Shown piece by piece: positions 52,230 through 64,000 of a DNA stretch of 64,000 nucleotides. The notes beneath the pieces were generated by a model. The model was not told where the DNA came from and made no database searches. It was given only the letters and a program-made list of their open reading frames with translations. The stretch's first letter is position 1. Each line of letters begins with the position of its first letter. The DNA comes from Leucoraja ocellata (Eukaryota): the NCBI GenBank assembly GCA_036785375.1, contig JAWMAR010000463.1:930001-994000 (forward strand), read 5' to 3'. The translations under genes and the position numbers were made by a program.

Positions 52230-52760
52230 TCTGAGACAAAAGCATTTAATTCAGGGCCATGTTAGTCGACATGTTCGGAGAGTCAGTGAGAAAATGCCAA
52301 ATTAACCAAATCATCAAATACCTGAAAAGATAATCTTCCGGGGTTGTTTCATCTTCTACAGTGTTGGTCCACTGCACCCATTTGATTAAATGATGAAACC
52401 CCTACAATATATCGAAGTATGGCAGAGAAGAGTGGTGCTAGAGACAGCAAAGACTTTTCCAGATGACTATGGGATATTCCAGCAAGACCTGACACATCAA
52501 TGGTGTTTTTCTAGTTTTTCTAGCAGAAGGGGATAGAAAAACTGGGTCACCATCATTGACGTGTATGATCTTGCTGGAATATCCCATATACATCTGGAAA
52601 AGTCTTTGCTATCTCTAGCACTACTCTTCTCTTGGACTGGTCCAGTAACTCATCTGACCTGAATTTGTCCTTGGAAACTCATCAGTTCCATGCCAAATCA
52701 TGTCAAAGACTTGACAAAGAACTGTAATTGACATATAATGTACTAAAGACATAATGGTGT
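52230..52760 (+). mobile_element. Degraded Tc1-like transposase relic with internal inverted duplication
   Basis: Remnants GIFQQD (52471) and LDWSSNSSDLN (about 52632). 63-bp inverted arms at 52425-52487 and 52569-52631. Confidence 0.6.
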
Positions 52761-53479
52761 AATGATAATGAATAAAAGGTAGCTCTGCAACATGTATACT
52801 GACTTGTTATATTGTCAAGCATATACTCGGTGATTCAATTAATGTGCATAATAGACAATAGGTGCAGGAGTAGGCCATTCGGCCCTTTGAGGATGTAGTG
52901 TTGCAGCATTATCGCAATACAGCTGCAGAGAAAGCATAGATAAAACAAAAGTGCAACAAGGTAGATAGTAGATCAGGACTACACCCTTAGCTTATGAGAG
53001 TAGAACAGTAACAGGAGCAGACCCTTCAGCACAAAATGTCTGTACCATGGCTGAAGATGTGCGCTGTTTGTGAGGTGGTGAACTTTTTCTTTCCTCAATA
53101 TAGGGTATGTGCATACTCCCCATGCATGGAGTCAAAGTCCTCAAGATGTAAGGATTGCTGCATCATAGAGATGGGTGCTTCTGCCTGTGAGTTTTACAAT
53201 TTGTATAAATAACTTGGATGAAGCACCAAAGTATGGTTGCTAAATTTGCTGATATTGAAAAGATAGGTAGAAAGTAAGTTATGTAATGGTCATGAAGATT
53301 TGGCAAATGGATTATAAAGTGAAATTGATTTTTTTTTGGCAGGAAATGTATATTATCTAAATATTGAACATATAAAGAACTGTGATTTTTTGAGTGAAAA
53401 AGGCACACATGCAGGTAATTATGAAATCTAACACAATGTTATTCTTTAATGTGAGGGAAGTTAAATACAAAAGTTATGA

Positions 53480-53602
53480 GGAGCTACAAAAAGCTGGAGT
53501 AACTCAACGTCAGACAGCATCTCTGGAGAAAAGGAATATGTGATGTTTCGGCTTGAGACCCTTCTTCAGACTTTCTGTCCTAGGCCTCCTCCATTGTCAG
53601 TC
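53480..53602 (-). mobile_element. Penelope-type terminal repeat with decayed hammerhead-like core
   Basis: Reverse complement reads agt CTGAAGA a GGGTCTCAAGCC GAAA catc, followed by the shared tail. Confidence 0.6.
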
Positions 53603-53629
53603 ATCGACTCTTTGGCTCACCAAGTCTGG

Positions 53630-54903
53630 TTCCATTGATTATCCTTAAGATGTTTCTACGACTTGATTGGAGTCCACCAGTGGTAAATTAAATAGATCGT
53701 ACATGATTTGGAAAGGCACACTCCTGTCTATATAAGGTCCCGCAGTTGACAGTGCATGTCAAAGCAAAAATCAAGCCATGAAGACGAAGGAATTGTCTGC
53801 AATTTCTGCAGCAGTGCAGGTCCCGAAGAGCACAATGGTCTCCCTCATTCTAAAATGGAAGACCTTTGAAACCACCAGGATTCTTCATAGAGCTGACCGC
53901 CCAGCCAAACTGAGCAATCGGGGGAGAAGGGCCTTGGTCAGGGAGATGACAGCTGCAGAGTTCCTCTATGGAGATGGGAGAACCTTCCAGAAAGACAACT
54001 ATATCTGCAGCACTCCACCAATCAGGCCTTTATGGTAGAGTGGCCAGACAGAAGTCACTCCTCAGTAAAAGGCACATGACAGCCCACGCAAAGTTTGCCA
54101 AAAAGCACCTAAACAAGAATATCTGGTCTGATGAAACCAAGAGTGAACTCTTTGATTGAATACCAAGTGTCATGTCTGGTGGAAACCAGGCACCATTCAT
54201 CACCTGGCCAATACCATACCTACGGTGAAGCATGGTGGTGGCAGCATCATGCTGTGGGGATGTTTTTTCAGCAGCAGGAACTGGGAGACTAGTCAAGATC
54301 GAGGGAATGATGAAAGGAGCAAAGTGCAGAGAGATTATTGATGAAAACCTGCTCCAGAGCGTTCAGGACCTCAGACTGGAGCAGAGGCTCACCTTCCAAC
54401 GGGACAACGACCCTAAGCACACAGCCAACACGATGCAGGAGTGGCTTCATGACAAGTCTATGAATGTCCTTGAGTGGCCCAGCCAGAGCCCTGACTTGAA
54501 CCCGATCAAATATCTCTGGAGGGACCTGAAAATAGCTGTGCATCGACACTCCCCATCTAACCTGACAGAGTTTGAGGATCAGCAGAGGAGAATGGGAGAA
54601 ATTACCCAAATACAGGGGTGCCAAGTTTGTAGCGTCATACCCAAGAAGACTTGAAGCTGTAATCTCTGCCAAAGCCACCTCAGCAAAGTACAAGGTCTGA
54701 ATACTTATGTAAATGTATATTTCATTCATTTATTTTTAACTACCTTGCAAAAATTTCTAAACACCTGTTTTTGCATTTGTATTATGGGGTATTGTGTGTA
54801 GATTGATGACAAAAAATAAAAAAAAGAATCAATTTTAGAATAAGCTGTAACGTAACAAAATGTGGAAAAGGTGAAGGGGTCTGAATATTTTCTGAATGCA
54901 ATG
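53630..54903 (+). mobile_element. Tc1 (DD34E) transposon, 5'-truncated, frameshifted transposase
   Basis: [31 protein letters not shown] and WPSQSPDLNPIKYLW across shifted frames. Right TIR ...gtgaaggggtctgaatattttctgaatgcaatg|ta. Confidence 0.92.
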
Positions 54904-55859
54904 TATATGTAGAAGGACACCAGTCTATGGATGTAAATAGGAACATACGCAATATAATTGCAGAATTAACAAAAAAAAACTTCATTTGGACATTGTTAAT
55001 CAGAGATATTTTAAACTACAAACATTGTACTTGCTTAATAGCGTAATAGCTTAATACGTAAACTTTTCTTTATAAAAATAAAATTCTGCATTTTCTGAAC
55101 ATTCTGTGAAAGCGAACTTTTGCAAAGTGTAACATAAAATTATTGACTTTATTTTCCCTCTGACAAAAGCAAGCGTACATGAGTAGGTCCAAAAAATAAT
55201 TTCCCTGAAACACATGAGTTTTAAAAACAATTTGTAGATATTGTAGCATTTTACTGTAAGATGTTTTCTAAACTAAAATATAAGTCACAGAGAACAAATC
55301 ACTTTTCAGGGTGTCAGAAATGCTTAGCTGTTTGTGATAGGGGATAACTTTGGTCCGCACTATTTGCAGTGTGACTTATTGAATTGTTCATTTGTTTGTG
55401 CATCCTCTGTATAAACATATACTTTTTGGTCAAATAGTTGTCCGATTTTTAAAATTCGGAAAAGGAAAAATAGAGCAGAAGAAAAACGAGTGTGCTGTCA
55501 TTTTTGAAACATTATCGAGATTTTCCTGGAAAGTCATGACGAGTTTTTGTTTTGGCGAGGAGGTAGCTGTCAAGAAATAAATGTTTTCATATGTTTGAAG
55601 AAAACATAAACTTAAGTTCATGACTTTCCAGACTTTATATTGAGTGAAAAAGATACCACTGAGATATATTTTGCATGTATATATGTATGATTAACATCCA
55701 AGAATAATCAGACCTTCTCTTTTGTTCTTCGACCGCATTCTATTTTATACTTATCGTGCTCTATGGAAACATGCCCCCCTCCCAGCCTTTTGTCAGTACG
55801 AAGCTCCCCTTTCCTTTCCTGAAAACTTCTTTCAATGAAAAGAATGCAGTCATGCTACC

Positions 55860-56510
55860 ATGCTGAGAATGCGATCCCCTCCCACCGCCCCCGAATAAGT
55901 GCCCCCGGCTACCACTGCTCCTGAATAAGTGTCCCCCCGCTCCTACTGTTTCTGAATAAGTGTCCCCGGCTCCCACTGTTCCTGAATGCGTCCCTCGCTT
56001 GCATTGCTCCTGAACCAATGTTTCCTGGACCATTAGCAACAAGGAACTACAGATGCTGGTTCACAAAAAAATTACACAAATCTCTGGTCTTTGTTCCAAC
56101 CATCTGCCTATCAATCGCCGCCTCTGCCCCCCCCTCCCCCCGTCTGCCTATCTTTGTCTGTTAAGTTTTGGGTCCTGACCCAAAACATCACCTATTAATA
56201 TTCTCCGGAGATGCTGCCCGACCCACTGAGTTACTCCAGCACTTTGTGTCCTCTCCTAAACCAGTGTTTCAAGAAGGGTCTCTCGATCCAAAACATCACC
56301 CATTCCTTTTCTCCAGAGATACTGCCTATCCCGCTGAGTTACTACAGCTTTTTGTGTCTATCTTCCACTCCCACTGACCTGCACCATAGTCCCCTACTAC
56401 CACTGCTTCTGAACCAGTGTCACCCGCTCCCACTGCTCCTGAACCCATGAGCCTGCTCCCACTGCTGTTGAATCGCTGTCTCTTGCTCCCACTGCTCTTG
56501 GACAAGTGAG
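55860..56510 (+). repeat. Degenerate minisatellite of about 30 bp, split by a Penelope-type insertion (about 56035-56362)
   Basis: Units like CCCACTGCTCCTGAATAAGTGTCCCCCGCT at 55860-56030 and 56365-56510. Confidence 0.75.
56035..56362. mobile_element. Penelope-type repeat: two tandem terminal-repeat units plus an inverted stub
   Basis: Units at about 56157-56250 and 56262-56360 (..ccaaaacatcacc..ctcc(a/g)gagat(g/a)ctgcc...ctgagttact..cagc..tttgtgtc). Inverted aaggaactacagatgctgg at 56040. Confidence 0.65.
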
Positions 56511-57689
56511 CCCCAAATTTCATATTCCTGATCCAAAAACTTTCCCTTCGTCAAGCACATGACCAAACTTCTGTAGCTATCTGCAAACTCTTTTATCAAA
56601 TCACTGGTTCCAGTGTCCCGTGAATCTAACACCCTCATGTTTGCACCATCTCTCCTGCCATGCATTCACATCTACTGTCCTCTTCTTTCCACACCCACTG
56701 GTGTGTGGCACCGAGGGTTATTCTGAGATTAATACTACTGAGATCCAACAGCACTTCCCAGACCCTCCTTCAAGAAAGTCATGGGCTATAGATAAACAAA
56801 ACACAGGATCTCCTTCAGGTCACACAGAATCCTATATTGGAAATATATCTGTTTCATCATTGCTGTTCCTTCCCAAATCATGCAACTCCCTTTCCCACTC
56901 GTACTTTGGGCTACCTGCTCCAGTAGAACAGTAGCAGGTTCAACAAGGTGAGCCGCACCTTCTCAATGGTAATTAAGGATGGACAATAAATCTAGCCTTG
57001 TCTGCACACCCATATCCCAAAAAATGATCACCAATAAAATGGTAGCTCACACCTAAAGGGCAATAAGGCTGCATATCCACATCATAAAAAATAATAAATA
57101 AATAACTATTTCTTAAAACTGAGCTACAATATTTAAACTCTTTCTCTACCTATGTTGCAGTCACATATAAGGATCAAAGTCTCTGACAAATAATCGTATC
57201 CCTCCAGAATGTAAAATGGTAATTTCCTTGACCCTGGCACTCTGGAAGAAACATAATACCCTGGAATCACACCTGCTTGCTCCCCTGACTATTGGATTTC
57301 CTGTATCTAATGCTGCCTTGAGCATTATCTTCCCTCCCCATACAGCTGAGCCAACCAAGGCACTATTGTCTCAACTTTGACTTTATCCCCATGAAGACAA
57401 TCTTCAACATCTGTATTCAGAACCAAATAATGGTTAGTGGCCAAGATGCCCTCAGAGATCTACTGAACTGCCTGCCTCCTATGATCATCACCCATTACCC
57501 GCACTCTCTCTAAAACATGTATTCAGGCACATGAGTGGACGTGAGCAACATTTAGTTGTTATGCGTTCCAAAACCCAGATTTTGTACTCCTCCAGTTGCT
57601 GACATTCCTACATCTGTAGGCTTCCAGTTCATCGTGCACATGCTAGGCCAGGGTATCCTACTCTCAGTCAATGTCCTCAAGAGCTAGTG

Positions 57690-58760
57690 TTCCTGACTGA
57701 CATCCAATGTCTTCCCTGTGCCTCCTTCAACTTAGTGCCCCTTTGAATCAGATCTTCTCCACTTTCAAACTGTCCTCCATCCTGAGATCCAACAGCACTT
57801 CCCAGACCCTTCTTCAAGACCATCCTGAGTATCGCACACGTGGTGCCCTCAGACCTCAACTTGTTCCCCGAACCAGCATCCCCTTTCCTTAGTCACATCC
57901 TCACTGTGTCTCCTGCACAGCCACCATCATTAGCCACAATGCACCATTCTCAGCTGACATCGCCCAATAACCCAAATTCTGAGCAGGTTTACTCTGCCTA
58001 AGCTAGTGTATCTTGTCCTGAATGAATCCCCCTTACTGAGCCAATGTCTCCCACCATGAGCCAGTGTTCTCACTCTGGACCTATTACCAGTACTCAGCAA
58101 GTGTTCTCTCCCAGTACTCAGCTAGTATCATTTTCCCCGTGCCAGCATGTCCATGTTATGTTTACTGGCCTTAGTCAATGTTCCCTACCTTGAACCAGTC
58201 CCGAAACAATGTCTCCCATCATCAGTAAGTGGTCCCCAGGCAGTGTACCCATCATCAGCTGGTGCCTCCCACCCCAAGCCAATTCCCTGCCCTGAGCCAG
58301 TGTATCCTGTCCTATCTGTATCTGCCATTCTGAGCAATTCCCCGAGCATCAGCCAGTATCCTCTCTCCTGAGCCAATGTTCTCCAATCTGAGGCTACAAC
58401 CTATCATGAGCAAGTGTTCTCTATCCTCTGCTAGCATGCTCCATCCTCGCACCGGCATCCTCCCGCTGCCTTTCCTGAGCCAGTACCACCCTATTCTGAG
58501 GCTGTATCCTCCGTCGTCACCTCCTTGCCGTCTCTGCCAGTGCCCCCCTCACCTCCACCTTCAGCTAGTGTTCCACCCCCTAAACCTATTTTCCACACTG
58601 CCTCCCCCCAACCTGAGCAAAGGACGTTTCCCACCATCAGCCAGCGTCTCCCAACCTAATGCGGAGACCTCTCTCTCTCCGAGCCAACGTCTCCGACCCC
58701 GAGCCAGTGCCCCCACCACCCCCGCCCCAGTGTCTCCCACCCTAAGCCAGTGCCTCCCCA
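57690..58760 (+). repeat. Highly degenerate C-rich tandem repeat of about 20 bp upstream of PATZ1 (also 1-515)
   Basis: Recurrent (C)CTGAGCCA(G/A)TGT-like cores at roughly 20-bp multiples. Confidence 0.6.
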
Positions 58761-59446
58761 GGCCCCCGGGAGGGGTCGCAGTTGACAGGAAGCGCCGCGC
58801 TGCCATGTTGCCGAGCCTCCCGCGGCGCCAGGGCCCGGCGGCTGTGAGGGGAACAAAAGCAGCGCGGAGCGCACCCCGGCCTTCGCTACGCGGCCTTCCC
58901 TCGCTCGGCTCGGCGGCAGGCGGAGCTTTGCACCGCGCGCTCCTTTTCAAATCCACCTGGTTTTAAACCGTGTTGTTCAGAGGCGGAGTTTGAGGGGGGG
59001 CCGGTTTTTCCCCCCGGTCGCGGCTCCCAGTCGGCGGCGATGGAAAGGGCTGCCGAGCCGTCCTGGAACAGCTACACCTACCAGGTGAGCCAGCACAGCG
59101 CCGACATGTTGAAGAAACTCAACGGGCAGAGGAAGAACGGCGGCCGCTTCTGCGATGTGGTGCTGCGGGTGGGCGATGAGAGCTTCCCGGCTCACAAGGC
59201 CGTGCTGGCCGCCTGTAGCGACTACTTCGAGTCGGTGTTCGGCGCGATGGTGGACGAGGCCCAAGGCCGCGAGCTGGAGATGCACACCATCAGCGCCAAG
59301 GTCTTCAGGGACATCCTGGACTTCGCCTACACCTCCCGCATCGTGGTGAGACTGGAGAGCTTCCCCGAGCTCATGACGGCTGCCAAGTTTCTGCTCATGA
59401 GGTCGGTCATCGAGATTTGCCAGGAGGTAATCAAACAGTCCAACGT
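58746..59446. promoter_or_regulatory. CpG island / promoter of PATZ1 copy B
   Basis: Same sequence as 500-1200 apart from one substitution. Confidence 0.7.
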
Positions 59447-60244
59447 CCAGATCATGGTGCCACCAGCCAGGGGAGACATGATGGTATTCCGCCCTGCCAA
59501 TGTGGACTTCAGCTTTGCCCTGGACTTGGCTGCCGCTGCTTGTGCCAATGGCAACTTTATTGGGGAAAATGGACACCTGCAGGGCGCTGGTGATGTCAAG
59601 GTAGGTAGCCCAGGTGCCCCAGCTCCTGCCCTTCCGCCCCTGCAGGGTTCTTTACCTATGATGGATGGCTTGATGACTTCGCCTGCAGCACCGACCCTGG
59701 TGGCTGGTCAATTCCAGGCTCCAGTGAACTCAATGGGCCCTGACCATGGCAAGCTGATCAAGAGGGGGCGAGGACGGCCTCGGAAGGCTCCTCTGTTTGA
59801 CCTACCACTGCTCACGGCACCTTTAGCCATGAGGGATGAGGGTTTTTACCCCTGCAGCTTCTGTGGGAAAGTGTTCAAGAATTCTAACCGCCTCCTTCTC
59901 CATGAGGCGCAGCACACGGGGCTGAACGTGGAACTGGGGTCGGGGGAGAATCAGCTTCCAGGACTCGGGGACAATCTGCTGGCCTCTTCGAGCAGCCTTG
60001 ACAGTCCCCGTAAGAGAGGCAGAATGAGGAAAAATGTGGCCTGTGAGCTCTGCGGTAAAGCTTTTAGGGATGTTTACCACTTGAATCGCCATAAGCTCTC
60101 GCATTCAGGGGAAAAACCATTTGAATGTCCCATCTGTCACCAGCGTTTCAAACGGAAGGACCGGATGACCTATCATATTCGGTCTCACGACGGAGCAGTG
60201 GGAAAACCGTACATTTGCATCAGCTGCGGAAAGGGCTTTTCAAG
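59040..60244 (+). CDS. PATZ1: PATZ1 coding exon 1, copy B (downstream exons beyond window)
   Basis: Same translation as copy A. One synonymous change seen (GCC at 1135 vs GCT at 59381). Same AG|GTAAGT donor. Confidence 0.93.
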
Positions 60245-63200
60245 GTAAGTAGAGAGGGTTAATGGAAAGATAAATGTGCCATGGAGGAACTCCTTTACAT
60301 CGGTTAACGTAGCAAGTACTGTGTTAAGTACTGTGGAACTGGAAATGAGCCAGTTTGGAAAACAAAACAGAAAATGCAGTGGTAATCAATAAAATTGTAA
60401 TTTCTTGAATGATGAATGTTCAGAATATTGTCCCTTGAAATGTGGAAAATCTCCTAATAACGTAATTATAGTAGAGAGTGCATTTTAGGTAGATAACTCT
60501 GGTTGCTGCAAATGTGGGGTAGCAAGATAAAATTGTGTAGATTCGCACTAGGTTCATGTGTATTCAGAATTGATGATCCAAAAGAAGTACTGTGCCATTC
60601 CGTGCAATTGGTATTAAAAAATGACATACATTCTGAATACATTGTTCCCATCTGGTACTGTTGTCAGGAAGTGTTTTTGTTGTTTACCATTACAAATAAC
60701 ATGTAGTGTACTGCTGTGGAAATCAAGTTATATGTTTCAATGATATGCACAAAGAAAATTGTTTTCTCGACTTTGGATGTAGATTTTGAATTAAAAAAAT
60801 AAAATATTCAGTATTATGTGATATAAAATCTAGGCATTGTTGTGCAGGATACTGGCACTACTGAATAAAAATTGCCAGCTCTGTTAAACAAACAAGCGTT
60901 TAATAGCTCTGATTGCTTAACAGTGACAAAAGTTTGTATTTGTGAACTTGAATTGAGTTTTAGGAACCGAGGGCACTTATTTTATTACTTATACTAACAC
61001 TCCTGTGCAGTTTTCATTGTTTTGTAAGCTATTTGTTAACCAAATTTAATTCACTTCCAAGATTCTCCGCCTTTATCTCTCTCATCCCAGCCTGAAATCA
61101 TCAAACCGTTGGCAGGCAAACTATTTACAAGCATATGATTGTCAGTTAAACACTAATGCCCAGAAGCACGTGATAAAGTACTTTTTAAGTCAACTTCTGA
61201 ATTTTGCCTTTGTCTCACTTTCCAAATTTTCCATTAGAGGTTTAGCAAATTTACATCTTTTGCTAACTTGACCCTAATGTGGTACCGTTGGATGGATTTT
61301 TCATTACCATGACCATAACCTTTGTATTATTTTCTCTGATGCGTTTTTTTGTTATTTCTGTCAGCACGACTTTGGGAAGGGAGGAGGGTCAGGTGTCGTG
61401 CAGTATACTTCCAATCTTAGCTAATGGCACCATAAAACTGGTTGTCTAATCAGGACATTGTCCATCTTATACTCTCTCTTGTCAACTCAATATACCAGGG
61501 AGTTGGCCTGAGAAACTGAGATTAGCATTATAAATTTGGGGAACTGTTTCTAGTGGCATAGCTGATTATTTCATGACTTGGCGCTTTAACCGTTTAGTCC
61601 TTAGGCTTGATATTTTTATCTGTGTTTTCAATTGAAGCGATGTCATATGGATTCAACAAAAGTTTCTTATGGAACAGTGAAAAAACACCAAATTAGTTCA
61701 TACATTTTGTATTTATCTTTTTTTAGGAATGCAGCAATTGCATTATAGTAAAGCTACCTGTACAATATTATAGATATTATAGACATTTCATAATAATAAT
61801 GTCCCCCAAGAATGTTACTTCTAACTTTCAGTACTGCAGCAGGTGTGGAGAACCAGAAGGGGACATAGCTTTAAGGTGAGGAGGGAAAGATTTAATGGGA
61901 ATCTGAGGGGTAACTTTATCACGTAAAGGGTGGTAGGTGTAGGGAACGAGCTGCCAGAGGAGGTACTTGAGGCAGGTACTATCGCAATGTTTAAGGAATA
62001 TTTAGACAGATACATGGATAGGACAGGTTAGAGGGATATGGGCCAAATGCAGGTGGGCGGGACTAGTGTAGATGAGGCATGTTAGCCGGTGTAGGCCTGA
62101 TTCCACGCTGTATGACTATCTGATGGAGAGATTCAGATATGTGATTGCAAAGAAAATGACAGGATTTGTATGGCAATGTCATATTCAAAGATTTTAGATA
62201 TAAGAATGAAGCTGGAGAATAGCTTGGTAGTTTGCAAGGTTAGTGGGGTCCTGGTGTGAAGAGGGGTAGAGTCACAACCTAATACATTAGTAGAAAGAAC
62301 ACAAATTCAGAACTGCCATAGGCTCTTCAGAATGGTGCAGAATTTTGGGTGGAACAAAAGTCCTAGCAACATGTAAGATGTAGATGGATGATATAGTTGA
62401 CATAGATAATATATTTTGACTGAACTGGGATGATTTGAATGTCCGTGAACTGCGCCTTCTGATCCTGTAATTGTTTCTCTTGAAAATGCAAATTCATCCC
62501 AAATGTTTTAACCTCAAATTATTTTCTTTAAATTTGCTTGCAGTTCCTGGTTATTTCTGCAACAAAGCCATAGGCTTTTCACCAAATCTCGTGTCAAGAG
62601 ATGCCCCAAACCAAAATAAATTATTTCCTGAGCCACTGTTGCATATGCATTATAGAATGGGATTTTTGTAAAAATATTTTGACAATAGTTAAATGTAATA
62701 AACTTTAAATAAAATGATTGCAATTAATTACAGAACAGAAGTACTGCCCTGAAGTGTTAATAACTTTGTGCTTATCATCTTCCTTTACACAAAAACCTGG
62801 GGTTATACACCTGGTGAAATTTAAACGCAGGACATTGAACACTCAAAATGGGCTCATGGCCTGGGGGATTTTTTTTTTACATAAACTCATCAGATTTCAA
62901 TTGGTTCTGTATTTAATGGCTTGATTTTGTAACTGAGTGTTAAATTTTCTGACTTTTGATCACCATAGTACAGGGGCATGGGGTGGGAAGCGAAATGGGA
63001 AATATATCAGTCACCATTTGCCTCTATCCTGCTGCTTTCTACTTATAGTAAGTAGGCTGATCTCTCTTAATATTACCACCCTCGCTTGTGAACAGGGTCA
63101 GCAGACACAAGAATAAATGATTTTGCTCAAAAATGGCTGCAGGTCAGAAAATAATGAATGCATTTTTAGTCAATATCTTGACTAAATATTACTTTTGTGT

Positions 63201-64000
63201 ACTGTGAAGAGCTGCATTATCGGATGCTACCTTTACAATCGAATAGTAGAGTTCTGTCTTGTCTATTAGAAGTGTGGGAAGTTCTACTATGCTCATTAAA
63301 CCAGACAGATTTGTCTAGTTATTTTCCTTATTATTGATTGTAGTATATACAAACTGATCACAATAGATAAAAGTGAATCAATATTAAAATTTACTTCACT
63401 GGCTACAAAGAACTTTACAATGTGCTAGAAAGTGGAAGAAGCCATGACGATGTTCGTCATTGCATAAATTGGAAAATGAATTTTGCTTAAAGTTAATGAT
63501 CCCTTAATGTATCACTAACAACACAAGAGTAACTGGACTTGCATTCCAGAATTCCGTACCCTTCAGTGTGAAACACTCCCTCCATATTGAAGCATTTCTT
63601 CCCAACTCAGTGCAAAATACTCCTTCAAACACTGAAAATTTCCCTTGCACATCAGTGAACCCTCAGCATTCCAGAATTTCACAGCATACAATGCCTTCCA
63701 TAATGTTTGGGACAAAGACCCATCATTTATTTATTTGCCTCTGTACTCCACAATTTGAGATTTGTAATAGAAAAAAAATCACATGTGGTTAAAGTGCACA
63801 TTGTTAGATTTTAATAAACCTTATGGAGGGCACTGTGTCACTGCATGGTCTAGTGATGCAGACTGTAAATTCTGGCTCGGTATCCATTCCTGAGGCAACT
63901 ACTTGGAAAATAACTGTGATATGGGGGAAGAAATTGATTATCTATCATTAGTATTAAATGGGGAATCGCTTCCAAAATTCTGTTCTGTTGGCTCAATGTG

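Larger units (their letters stand above)
58247..64000 (+). repeat. Segmental duplicate copy B (matches 1-5739), runs off the window end
   Basis: Matches copy A, including the same CR1 fragment (about 61841-62116) and Tc1 MITE (about 63689-63835). Confidence 0.98.

Noticed and set aside
55860-56510. Regularly spaced ~30-bp repeats resembling a CRISPR array
   Set aside because: Units are adjacent and degenerate with no unique spacers, there are no cas genes, and the context is vertebrate.

Overview
Eukaryotic vertebrate genomic DNA. The repeat families (V-SINEs, CR1, Rex1, Penelope-type, Tc1) suggest a cartilaginous fish, probably a skate or ray; this is inference. The window holds a complete 5-exon PATZ1 gene (BTB/POZ, AT-hook, C2H2 zinc fingers) on + at 794-23560, about 704 aa, with a probable GC-AG intron 4. 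After about 19 kb of repeat-rich DNA and a 200-N gap come DRG1 exons 1-6 on - (43164-51096); I could not find exons 7-9. A second PATZ1 start follows at 59040, head-to-head with DRG1 as in mammals. Bases 1-5739 recur at about 99.5% identity at 58247-64000, which is either a very recent tandem duplication or, more likely, a retained alternative haplotype in the assembly. The least obvious signal is a dispersed family of Penelope-type terminal repeats carrying minimal hammerhead-ribozyme-like cores (CUGAAGA-stem II-GAAAC-GUH). Other structures are an intact hAT MITE with an 8-bp TSD and a doubled right end, a 63-bp inverted repeat in a Tc1 relic, and tandem repeats in the DRG1/PATZ1 divergent promoter region. 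I found no CRISPR, rRNA, tRNA gene or prokaryotic system, and no clear evidence of a wholly new protein-coding system. Repeat boundaries are approximate and read by eye.
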